Source of the DNA: a bacterium
Lineage (GTDB): Bacteria; Ratteibacteria; UBA8468
NCBI GenBank assembly: GCA_030630065.1
Contig: DAOVNU010000001.1
Location: forward strand, 1 to 43,792
Reading direction: 5' to 3'
DNA: 43,792 nt
Part shown: positions 1 through 7,955 of the stretch, piece by piece
How the letters are laid out: each line of letters opens with the position of its first letter
Numbering within the stretch: the first letter of the stretch is position 1
The notes under the pieces: model-generated
What the model saw: only the letters and a program-made list of their open reading frames with translations
What the model was told of the DNA's origin: nothing
Databases searched by the model: none
Position numbers and translations under genes: made by a program

Positions 1-1062
1 ATAAACGTTAATTGTCGCGTTAACCATTTGTTCCATACTGAATCTTTCCCAGGCAGTTTTTTTTGCGCTCTCGGTCATTTTTTTCCATTCCTCCTGGTGG
101 GTGAAGGACCAGGCAATCGCTTCGGCTAATGCCTCTGAATTTTTTGGCGGAATAAGAAGCCCTGTTTTCCTGTCTTCAATAATTTCGGGAGCTGCCCCAA
201 CATCTGTAGCAATAACCGGGATTTCGGCAAGTTGTGCCTCTACAATCGACCTCCCGAATGCCTCGGGAACAATTGAACAGGAAAGCATAAGATTCAGGGT
301 AGGGAAAATTTCTTCCTTTTGTTCTGGAGGGATAAACTGAATATTGCTTAAATGTAGTTTTTGTATTAGTTTTTCCAGTTCCTTCTTATAACCAATTTTA
401 TCTTCAGGAATGGGACCAATAATAAAGCCCTTAATGTCAGGAAATTTTTCTTTTAATTTGGCTATCGCCTCAATAAAAAAAGGATGTCCTTTTAAAGGGG
501 TAAGTCGGGCGAGAATCCCAATGCGGTTTTCCCCCTCTCCTAAATCCTCCCCCTTGAGGGGGGAGGAAGTAGGTGGGGGTGCTACCCCATTATAAACAAG
601 ACGTAATTTCTCTTCAGGCACCTTAAATTTCTCTTTTGCATATCTGCCAAGAATTTTACTAACCACAATTACCCTTTCGCCTTTTGCCATAATCCTGCTG
701 AAAAAATGAGGAGAGTAGAAACCGTGAAAACTGGTAATAAAATGGACCTTTTCCAAATTTTTACAGGCAAAATACCCAATCCAGGCCGGGACTCTGGATT
801 TGGCGTGAAGAATGTCAATATTTTCTTTTTGCAAAATATTTTTTACCTTTTTAACCATTCTAACAATCACGATTGGGGACTTGCGGTCTACGGGCAGGGT
901 ATAATGTTTTACGCCAACCTTCTTTAATTCGGGAATAAATCTTCCGCCACCCGAAATAACGATGGATTGATGACCTTTTTCCAGCAAGCCCCTGGCTAAG
1001 TCATAGGTTCCCTGCTCCACACCGCCAATATCCATCTCCGGAACAATCTGAACAATATTCAT
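1..1062 (-). CDS. Glycosyltransferase family 1 (GT4-like); C-terminal end runs off the window
   Basis: The minus-strand frame is open from the window edge to an ATG at 1062..1060, which overlaps the stop of the upstream gene by 1 nt. The translation starts MNIVQIVPEMDIGGVEQGTYDLARGLLEKGHQS and contains ...SIVPEAFGRSIVEAQLAEIPVIATDVGAAPEIIEDRKTGLL..., typical of GT1/GT4. It is absent from the ORF track because it has no in-window stop. Confidence 0.8.
   Translation of the reverse strand, partial: MNIVQIVPEMDIGGVEQGTYDLARGLLEKGHQSIVISGGGRFIPELKKVGVKHYTLPVDRKSPIVIVRMVKKVKNILQKENIDILHAKSRVPAWIGYFACKNLEKVHFITSFHGFYSPHFFSRIMAKGERVIVVSKILGRYAKEKFKVPEEKLRLVYNGVAPPPTSSPLKGEDLGEGENRIGILARLTPLKGHPFFIEAIAKLKEKFPDIKGFIIGPIPEDKIGYKKELEKLIQKLHLSNIQFIPPEQKEEIFPTLNLMLSCSIVPEAFGRSIVEAQLAEIPVIATDVGAAPEIIEDRKTGLLIPPKNSEALAEAIAWSFTHQEEWKKMTESAKKTAWERFSMEQMVNATINVY
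531..579. repeat. GC-rich imperfect palindrome embedded in the GT1 coding sequence
   Basis: CCCCCtctcctaaaTCCTCCCCCttgagGGGGGAGGAagtaggtGGGGG, with a 9-bp perfect inner stem (545..553 / 559..567) and a 5-bp outer stem. It is translated in frame as ...APPPTSSPLKGEDLGEGE.... Confidence 0.6.
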
Positions 1063-2798
1063 CAGTCATTGCGAGTCCGCTTCAGGCGGACGTGGCAATC
1101 TCTCAGTAATTCTTCTGCAGCTTGCAAAACATCAGAAACCTTAATCAACCTCATACAGAGGAAATTCCTTTTGCATCTGATAACATTGCAGGGAGAACAA
1201 GGAAGATTGCTGCGGACAATCCTGCATCTATTTTCATAGGGACCGTAGCGCAGCCAGTTACCCGGTCCATAAATTGCAACGACAGGACATTTCACGGCAC
1301 TGGCAAGATGCATTGGTCCGGTATCGTTGGTAATCAATAAGGAAGATCTTTCCAGGAGGGCGGCTAATTCTCCCAGGGTTGTCTTCCCGGCAAGGTTAAC
1401 CGCTTCTTCCTTCATTAAATTTTTTACCTCCTCTGCCAAATTTTTCTCTTTCTTCCCACCGATAATGACAATTTTTGTTTTGTATTCCCCGGATAATTTA
1501 TCACCTACTTCAGCAAAACTTTCTTTTTTCCACCGCTTTGCCTCCCAGTTAGCCCCGGGGTTAAGAATAACTATCTTTTCTTCCGGCTCAATACCATAAT
1601 TTTTAAGAATTCCTTGTATTGAGACCTGATTTTTTTCTGAAACAGGGAAAAAAAGGGATTTATCCCCGGGAACGGGGAAAGAAAAGGGCAGCATCCTTAA
1701 CCTTCTTTCCGCCTCATTAATTTTATTCTTCCTGCTGAATAATTCCTTTCGGAAGAATGTAATTTTCTCTTTTGCTCCGATGAAAAAAGGAAACAACGTA
1801 TTTCTGAAATCAACAACCAGATCAAAATGTTTCTTTTTTAACTCTTTGATTAAATTTAGTTTTTTGGAAAGGGGACTTTTTTTATCCCAGGTAACTACTT
1901 CGGAAAACCAGGGATTATTCTCCACCGCTTCTCTTGCTCGTGGTCCAACCAGAACAGTTAAACTTGCTCCCGGGTATTTCTCCTTGATTGCCCGAATTGC
2001 CGGGGTGAGCAAAAGCATATCGCCCAGGCAACTGGCGCAGATAATCAGAACTTTTTTTGATTCTTCTTTCTTCTTAACAAAAAACTTGATAATCGGCTTG
2101 AGATTTATTCTGCTGGTCTGCCTGAAATATTCCAGTCCTGCTTTATTCAGCATATTCCGTAAACTCTGATGGGTGAAATAGTAAAGATGCTCCGGCGGGG
2201 TGCGAAAGTCCTCCGGGGGAGTTCGCTGTGCGATTGCCCTCTCGCCAAAATCCGGAGTAACAATCAGCAAAAGTCCATCCCTCTTTAAAATTTTTGCTAT
2301 TTCCTTTAATGTTCCCAGAGGATTCTCCAGATGTTCCAGCAGGTCATACATCGTGATGACATCAAAATAGTTAGCGGGAAAATGTGCCTGGGATAAAGTT
2401 CCGGCAAAGAGGTTAAGACCGAATTCTTTTTTTGCATATTCAATCATCGATTGCGATAAATCAACACCGAATACGTCCCAGCCGTTTTTTTGTGCCTCTT
2501 TCAGGAAAAATCCTGCTCCGCAGCCAATGTCCAGGAGTTTCCCTTTCTTCTTATACCGGGCTATTTTTCTTAATTCCCGGCGTGCCCGACGAAGCTTGGA
2601 TTCCCGTTTAGCAAGATAGTTTGGCCCTACCCGGGCATATCCTTCCCGGTAAAACTCCCTTAGTTCATCTGAAGATGGACGGGGATTGGCATAGACCAGA
2701 CCACACCTTCGGCATTTTACGATATACCAGCCCTTTTCTGTAAATAATAGTTCTGCATCATCAGTACCGCAGAGATTACATTTTACGCAGGTAGGCAT
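1062..2798 (-). CDS. Fusion protein: N-terminal class I SAM-dependent methyltransferase (with Cys4 zinc ribbon) plus C-terminal glycosyltransferase family 9 (heptosyltransferase-like)
   Basis: 578 aa. The N-terminus has CxxC...CxxC (CVKCNLCG...KCRRCG) and the SAM motif LLDIGCGAGFFLKEAQKNGWDVFGVDLS. From about residue 245 it reads VLIICASCLGDMLLLTPAIRAIK ... TNDTGPMHLASAVKCPVVAIYGP, the GT9 signature. The ATG lies at 2798..2796. Confidence 0.8.
   Translation of the reverse strand: MPTCVKCNLCGTDDAELLFTEKGWYIVKCRRCGLVYANPRPSSDELREFYREGYARVGPNYLAKRESKLRRARRELRKIARYKKKGKLLDIGCGAGFFLKEAQKNGWDVFGVDLSQSMIEYAKKEFGLNLFAGTLSQAHFPANYFDVITMYDLLEHLENPLGTLKEIAKILKRDGLLLIVTPDFGERAIAQRTPPEDFRTPPEHLYYFTHQSLRNMLNKAGLEYFRQTSRINLKPIIKFFVKKKEESKKVLIICASCLGDMLLLTPAIRAIKEKYPGASLTVLVGPRAREAVENNPWFSEVVTWDKKSPLSKKLNLIKELKKKHFDLVVDFRNTLFPFFIGAKEKITFFRKELFSRKNKINEAERRLRMLPFSFPVPGDKSLFFPVSEKNQVSIQGILKNYGIEPEEKIVILNPGANWEAKRWKKESFAEVGDKLSGEYKTKIVIIGGKKEKNLAEEVKNLMKEEAVNLAGKTTLGELAALLERSSLLITNDTGPMHLASAVKCPVVAIYGPGNWLRYGPYENRCRIVRSNLPCSPCNVIRCKRNFLCMRLIKVSDVLQAAEELLRDCHVRLKRTRND
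1065..1103 (+). repeat. GTCATT...AATCTC palindromic repeat, copy 1 (variant ATTGC/GCAAT)
   Basis: GTCATTGCGA-GTCCGCttcagGCGGAC-GTGGCAATCTCT. On the other strand it encodes the last 13 codons (RDCHVRLKRTRND) of the methyltransferase::GT9 gene. Confidence 0.7.
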
Positions 2799-3308
2799 TT
2801 ATTTAATTACTTCCAGTTCCAAATAGATATCCTGAGCCGGAAAAATAAAACAGAGATATTTTTCATAAAAATGGGTGGAGATAATAGCAAGAAATTTTCC
2901 AATAATCTGGCTGCTGCCAAAAGTCAATCTTTTCCTAACTAACCTGAACTTTTTCTTTGTATATTTTCGCGCCTTTGTGCCTTCAATAAAATAGTTAAAC
3001 GACTCTAAACTAAAATGCTGTTTGTGCAAGGGGTCGGTAAATGAAGCCACATTGGAAAAATGAGGTGTTCTAATAATTACTTTTCCTTTATTCTTGGCTA
3101 TCCGATGAATTTCTTCCATTGTTTTAACGATATTATTTAGATGTTCTAAGATATGAGAGCAGATGATTAAATCAAACTCGTTCTCCTTCAGCGGCCAGGA
3201 AAAAAGGTCCAAGTTATGAATAATATCCACTTCCGGACAATCTTCAATGTCAATCCCAATTGCTCCTTTCCTTTTATTCTTTCCGCAGCCAACGTCCAAA
3301 ATTTTCAT
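2799..3308 (-). CDS. Small class I SAM-dependent methyltransferase (Methyltransf_11-like)
   Basis: 169 aa with MKILDVGCGKNKRKGAIGIDI ... DLIICSHILEHL. The stop abuts the start of the downstream gene (TAAATG). Confidence 0.75.
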   Translation of the reverse strand: MKILDVGCGKNKRKGAIGIDIEDCPEVDIIHNLDLFSWPLKENEFDLIICSHILEHLNNIVKTMEEIHRIAKNKGKVIIRTPHFSNVASFTDPLHKQHFSLESFNYFIEGTKARKYTKKKFRLVRKRLTFGSSQIIGKFLAIISTHFYEKYLCFIFPAQDIYLELEVIK

Positions 3309-4269
3309 CTATCTTCTCCAAAACTTTTTCCGGGCTAATATTTTTCATCCGGTTCATCTTTTTATCCTCTAAAATAATATGTTCTTTTCCTACGGGACCA
3401 CATCTTTTTGGGTCGGTAGAAGCAAAAAAAGCCAGCACCTTTGTGCCTACGGCGGCAGCAATATGCATCGGTCCGGTATCTCCGGTAATGAATAACTGGC
3501 AGCATTTTGCCAGGGCGGCTAACTGGCGCAGATTGGTTTTTCCGGCAAGAGACAAAACATTTTCCGATTTTGCCAGAGCAATTTCTAACTGGTAACAGAT
3601 GGCGGAACTTCTTTTATCCCCTTTGCCAAAAATAAGAATCTTTGTGTTATATCTTTCTATTAGTTCTTTTCCCAGTTGGATGTAATATTTCAGGAGCCAC
3701 TCTTTTGCAGGGTAGGCGGAAACAGGATTAAGGCCAACTAAAAAGTCCTCTTTTGAAACTCCTTTTTCCCGCAGTACCTTTTCCGCAGCGCTTTCCTCTT
3801 CTTTTGTCAGATAAATTTTCGGCTCAGGAATTTCTCCTTTAAGGTTCAACAACTCAACCATATTTAAATAACGGTATAAAGCGTGTTTTTCCGGACACCA
3901 TTTTTTGGGCCTGAGATTATAGAAGTACCTGTATCTTAAGGATTGATGAAAACCCACCCGGTATTTTGCCCGTGTAAGAAAGGCAAGCAAACCGGCTTTT
4001 CCCTGCAAGGAGGCAATCAGGTCAAATTTCTCCTGTCGCAATAACCTAATACATTTCAAATAAGAAAATCTTTTGTTTCGATTATGAATAATTATTCTAT
4101 CCAGGAAAGGATTTTCTTCTACAATGGGTGCGGTAATCGGTGTAAGCAGCATTGAAAGATGACTCTGGGAATAATTTCTTCTCAGTAATTCAATAATTGA
4201 AGTGGCAAGAACCACGTCGCCAATGGCGCTGTAGCGAATCAACAAAATCTTTTTTACCCCTTTAACCAC
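3274..4269 (-). CDS. Glycosyltransferase family 9 (ADP-heptose:LPS heptosyltransferase-like)
   Basis: 331 aa with KKILLIRYSAIGDVVLATS at the N-terminus and ITGDTGPMHIAAAVGTKVLAFFASTDPKRCGP near the C-terminus. The start is an apparent GTG at 4269 with no clear SD. The 3' end overlaps the next gene by 35 nt. Confidence 0.8.
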   Translation of the reverse strand: MVKGVKKILLIRYSAIGDVVLATSIIELLRRNYSQSHLSMLLTPITAPIVEENPFLDRIIIHNRNKRFSYLKCIRLLRQEKFDLIASLQGKAGLLAFLTRAKYRVGFHQSLRYRYFYNLRPKKWCPEKHALYRYLNMVELLNLKGEIPEPKIYLTKEEESAAEKVLREKGVSKEDFLVGLNPVSAYPAKEWLLKYYIQLGKELIERYNTKILIFGKGDKRSSAICYQLEIALAKSENVLSLAGKTNLRQLAALAKCCQLFITGDTGPMHIAAAVGTKVLAFFASTDPKRCGPVGKEHIILEDKKMNRMKNISPEKVLEKIDENFGRWLRKE

Positions 4270-4337
4270 AGTATCTCAAATAATAGCACATCTTAAAGGA
4301 GAAATACAGAGTATACCAGGAAAGGAAGATGAATTAT

Positions 4338-4383
4338 GTCATTGCGAGGAAGTTCACCTTAGGTGGACGACGTGGCAATCTCT
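4338..4383 (+). repeat. GTCATT...AATCTC palindromic repeat, copy 2 (variant ATTGC/GCAAT)
   Basis: GTCATTGCGAGGAA-GTTCACCttagGTGGACG-ACGTGGCAATCTCT. It is intergenic and has the same termini as copy 1 but a different internal hairpin. Confidence 0.7.
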
Positions 4384-4423
4384 GACGTAGCTCACAGGGT
4401 ATTTGCCGGAAGGCCTATTCCAC

Positions 4424-5305
4424 TCAAATTTCCTCAAGAGTATTTAATCCTATTCTCCAGAATTCACTTGTGCCGTGCCCCCGGTAAAGATAGAGATAGC
4501 GAGTCCCTTTTACTTCGGCGATAACTAACCTATTTCCAGGAACAGACACCACATCAGGTAATCTTGGAGAAAGATAAGAGAATTTCTTTGTCTTTAAATC
4601 TAATCTTCCGATGGTCATTGAATAATTTCCCTGAACGATATAAACTTTCTTCTCCTTTTCATCGTAAGCAAACATACCCCCATTTACAGAAGGGCGAAAA
4701 GTGCAGGCAAAACATCCTTTATCCCATTCCCCTTTTTTTACATCAAATTTTCGCACATGATGGTCTGGCCAGGCAAGTAAATATTTATTTATATAAACAA
4801 GGCCTGTACACTTTGCTCCAACAGGAACTCCACACGTAAGAGGAACAGAAGGAAGTTCCTTCCATTTGTCTTCCCCTATGTCATATCTTAGAAAATCTGC
4901 TGTGTTATCTCCTCTTAAACAATAGACAGAGTTTTCTCCATAGGCAAGCCAGCCTCCTATGTCTATTGGCTTATAATAGGGGAAAGGGGATAGATTTTCT
5001 ATTCTGCCTGTTTTAATCTCATATCTGTAGAATTCGCTTAATCTTCCTCCTCTTGTGATGTACAAGAACTCTTTTCCGTCATAAACCATTCCCGCTCCTG
5101 GTCCCACAATCTCAGGTAATATTGTTACCCCAGGATAGATATACCATTTATTATTCATGGGCTCATATCTCTCCAAATGTTTCCATCTTAATTGATAGAT
5201 GTGAGGTTTTGCATAGACCATAACTGCCGTGGAGCAGTCCTCAGGAAATCTCCCTGCTCTCACTATCTGAAAGCCCTTTACATTTTTCCATCCGTTCTTT
5301 TCCAT
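4424..5305 (-). CDS. Kelch-type beta-propeller protein without signal peptide (possibly mutarotase-like); function unknown
   Basis: About 293 aa with repeated 'xxYxxxxxxWxxL' blade-like units: FYRYEIKTGRIENLSP, FLRYDIGEDKWKELPS, VRKFDVKKGEWDKG, IGRLDLKTKKFSYLSP. The second ATG (5305) has better spacing to the GGGAGG SD than the first (5308). Confidence 0.5.
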   Translation of the reverse strand: MEKNGWKNVKGFQIVRAGRFPEDCSTAVMVYAKPHIYQLRWKHLERYEPMNNKWYIYPGVTILPEIVGPGAGMVYDGKEFLYITRGGRLSEFYRYEIKTGRIENLSPFPYYKPIDIGGWLAYGENSVYCLRGDNTADFLRYDIGEDKWKELPSVPLTCGVPVGAKCTGLVYINKYLLAWPDHHVRKFDVKKGEWDKGCFACTFRPSVNGGMFAYDEKEKKVYIVQGNYSMTIGRLDLKTKKFSYLSPRLPDVVSVPGNRLVIAEVKGTRYLYLYRGHGTSEFWRIGLNTLEEI

Positions 5306-6117
5306 CATTTCCTCCCGATTAAAAGTTCATCTATCTCTTTGCGAGAATTTTGGCCAATGGTATCGGGTCTATGGCTATCGGAACCAAAATAGAAATTTAC
5401 CCCTCTCTCCTTGGCTAACTTAAGATAATCAATATAGTTCCTTATAAAAAATTTGCTTTCCGGAGTGGCAATTCCCCAGATAGATGGGTTTAATTCTAAA
5501 GAAATGTTATTTTCTTTGAGGTTATCATAGAAAGAGATAAGCAGATCCTCCGGGATGAGATTTTCTTTGTTTGTCAGGGTTGACATCGCTAGTTCCTTAA
5601 ATGGATGACCGATTTGATTGATTCTCCTGTTTTTGGATATTTTTAAATAGAGTTTCAACGTATCTTCAATAAGTTTTGCTTTACCATTTTCTTTGACCAC
5701 CTGCTTTACTATCCCATGCTCTTCTTCTCCATAACGATGATTCCATCTGATTTTTGTCCCGGGAATATGGTGCAGACAAGCCATTACTATTTCACAGGAG
5801 TCCAGTATTTCTTCAGGAATATAATCGATGCCATTTTTTCGCACGTCTGCCTCTATACCGATAAGGATGACAAATGGCGGCTTTAGTTCTGCTTGTTTCT
5901 CTTTTAATTCCTTAAGATGATTTAAAATTTTTTGAGGGGTGGTATATACCCACCCATCTCCCTCATTGCTTTCCGGGGAGTAGTAATGTTCGGTAATGGC
6001 AATTTTCTTCATACCTTTTTTAACGGATTCAGCGATAATATTCTCCAGAGTAGCGGAAGGATGACCGCAGGGAGAAAAGTTGGTATGAATATGCAGGTCT
6101 TCTTTATAAATATCCAT
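5305..6117 (-). CDS. PHP-domain metal-dependent phosphoesterase (HisJ/histidinol-phosphatase-like family)
   Basis: 270 aa with DLHIHTNFSPCGH at the N-terminus, then ITEHY, IEAD, LHHIPG, IGHPF and GSDSHRP. This matches the PHP metal-ligand pattern. Confidence 0.7.
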   Translation of the reverse strand: MDIYKEDLHIHTNFSPCGHPSATLENIIAESVKKGMKKIAITEHYYSPESNEGDGWVYTTPQKILNHLKELKEKQAELKPPFVILIGIEADVRKNGIDYIPEEILDSCEIVMACLHHIPGTKIRWNHRYGEEEHGIVKQVVKENGKAKLIEDTLKLYLKISKNRRINQIGHPFKELAMSTLTNKENLIPEDLLISFYDNLKENNISLELNPSIWGIATPESKFFIRNYIDYLKLAKERGVNFYFGSDSHRPDTIGQNSRKEIDELLIGRK

Positions 6118-7189
6118 ATTTTTCGATAGCCATTCTCATAGCATCTACATTTTCCATTTTTGCATCAGGCGGAATCTCCTCTGTCCCAAGCATACACCTA
6201 TCGTAGTTAGGAAGAGAGGACAATAAATCAGCAATATATCTCTCTATCTTATCAGGACTGAAAGTCGCAAAAATTATAGAATCGATTCCTCCAATAACAA
6301 TCTTGTTTTTTAATATCTGTTTAGCTAAAGATAAGGAGGTATCTCCAGTCGGAGGCGGTGTAATAGGTTCTATTGTATCCATATTGATTTGAGCGATTAA
6401 TGGTAGAATATCCTTCAGTGTGCCGCACATATGAGTATCAAACAACCTTCCTTTGCTATGGATAATTTCAGCGTAATCATTCAACTGACTCATACAATAT
6501 TTCTCAAATATCTTAGGCGAAGTCAAAGTTGTAGAACTACTTTCTCCTGAACGAAATATTTCTACGGGAGCATCCGAGGCCCTTTCATAGTAAGTCCTTT
6601 GTTTATTATGGATTATTTCCAATAATTCAGTGAATTCTTTCGGATGGTCATAAAGTTCATAACTCACTTTTTCTAAACCCATATGCCATTTTATAAACCC
6701 CATTATTGGAGTAGGAGGAACACTCCCACCGATTAATCCTCTCTCTCCCACAATACTCTTAACTTTCTCTACTTCTTCAAAATGTGGAAGATATTCTGTA
6801 TGTTCAATAATATAGCGGTAAACATCATAATCTTTAATCCCTTTTATTAAGAATTCTGTGCAATAGGTAGTTTTTGCGTCAGCATTTGTTACCGATTTAG
6901 TGGAAAGTTTACATTTGGGTGTCTCGTAAGAGGTAATAATATAATCTTCTCCTTTTTCTTGCTTAACCTTGACATTGTTAATTTTTTCTTCCACAACCGG
7001 CACAAATCCCCAAAAAAGATCAGCCCCTACTTTCTCACAAGCTTCTGCATATAGTATAAGTGTAAACGGTTCGTTTGAGGAAACTCCTACAATCCGTTTT
7101 ACAAAGAATTCATTCATTCCGGGTATCCATGGAATTCTGTCGGGTTTCTCTCCCTTAATTACAGCCATTATTCGTTCTTTAGATGTCAT
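6104..7189 (-). CDS. Uroporphyrinogen-decarboxylase (URO-D/MtaA-like) fold protein
   Basis: 361 aa. It starts MTSKERIMAVIKGEKPDRIPWIP and has a C-terminal ...FDTHMCGTLKDILPLIAQINMDTIEPITPPP.... An AGGAG SD sits 9 nt upstream. It is a paralogue of 22274..23371. Confidence 0.7.
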   Translation of the reverse strand: MTSKERIMAVIKGEKPDRIPWIPGMNEFFVKRIVGVSSNEPFTLILYAEACEKVGADLFWGFVPVVEEKINNVKVKQEKGEDYIITSYETPKCKLSTKSVTNADAKTTYCTEFLIKGIKDYDVYRYIIEHTEYLPHFEEVEKVKSIVGERGLIGGSVPPTPIMGFIKWHMGLEKVSYELYDHPKEFTELLEIIHNKQRTYYERASDAPVEIFRSGESSSTTLTSPKIFEKYCMSQLNDYAEIIHSKGRLFDTHMCGTLKDILPLIAQINMDTIEPITPPPTGDTSLSLAKQILKNKIVIGGIDSIIFATFSPDKIERYIADLLSSLPNYDRCMLGTEEIPPDAKMENVDAMRMAIEKYGYL

Positions 7190-7201
7190 TCTGCTTAACT
7201 C

Positions 7202-7954
7202 CTATTTTAATATTTGCAGGTTTAGTTTATATTTTTCATTGATGGGATGAACATATTCTTTGCAGAGAGTCAAATCTCCAATCAGATACTCAAAGAAACT
7301 GCCTAAACAGCTCCCTTTTTTAATGGCTTTGAGCAAGGATTCTTTAGTTAAATTTTCAGTTAGGATAAAGGTTTTGCCTAATCTATTAAGCATCCAGGGC
7401 TGGCAATGAATATCAGAGCTACCCGAGCAGGAGAGTTTCTTTTCTCTTTTTCTTTTTTCTAAACAGTAATCAACGATAAATTTCATATCATAACCTCCCC
7501 AGGGACCAAATTCCAGAGAATCAAAGTATTCCTTCTTCTCGTATTCCAAAAATAGGTTTCTATCCCAGTATCCCTGGGGATGAGCGGCAATTAAAACACC
7601 ATCCTTGGATTTGTTTTTAATTATTTCCTCCATCTTTACTCCAGATTTTAAAATAAATGGATTTCCCAAAGAGACGATATGTCCCCAACTTTCTGCTATC
7701 TCTTCACCACCTATAACCAAAAATCCATTTTTACCATCATATTTTCTTTCTAATTCTTGAATTAAATTTAACTGGTTTTCTTTTGCATCAGAGGTCAGCA
7801 CCAATCCTAAAAAATTAAACCTTTCCCTTTTGGCTATCTCTATGTAATTTTTCTCTACTGCTTGAGATGATTCTCCCAGATGATTATAGAGGTTAAAAGG
7901 ATAATTACTCCTATAGAAATGGCTATGCAAATCCCCCATAAAAATCTTTTTCAT
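7202..7954 (-). CDS. PHP-like metallophosphoesterase/hydrolase
   Basis: 250 aa with GDLHSHF at the N-terminus, then GGEEI..WGHIV, IAAHP and GSSDIHC. Confidence 0.6.
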   Translation of the reverse strand: MKKIFMGDLHSHFYRSNYPFNLYNHLGESSQAVEKNYIEIAKRERFNFLGLVLTSDAKENQLNLIQELERKYDGKNGFLVIGGEEIAESWGHIVSLGNPFILKSGVKMEEIIKNKSKDGVLIAAHPQGYWDRNLFLEYEKKEYFDSLEFGPWGGYDMKFIVDYCLEKRKREKKLSCSGSSDIHCQPWMLNRLGKTFILTENLTKESLLKAIKKGSCLGSFFEYLIGDLTLCKEYVHPINEKYKLNLQILK

Positions 7955-7955
7955 T

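Noticed and set aside
4329-4385. Small plus-strand ORF MNYVIARKFTLGGRRGNL* preceded by AGGAAAGGAAG
   Set aside because: Its sequence is simply the translation of repeat copy 2 (GTCATTGCGAG...GGCAATCTC). The same repeat gives unrelated peptides in other contexts, so this is a translation artefact of a structured DNA/RNA repeat.
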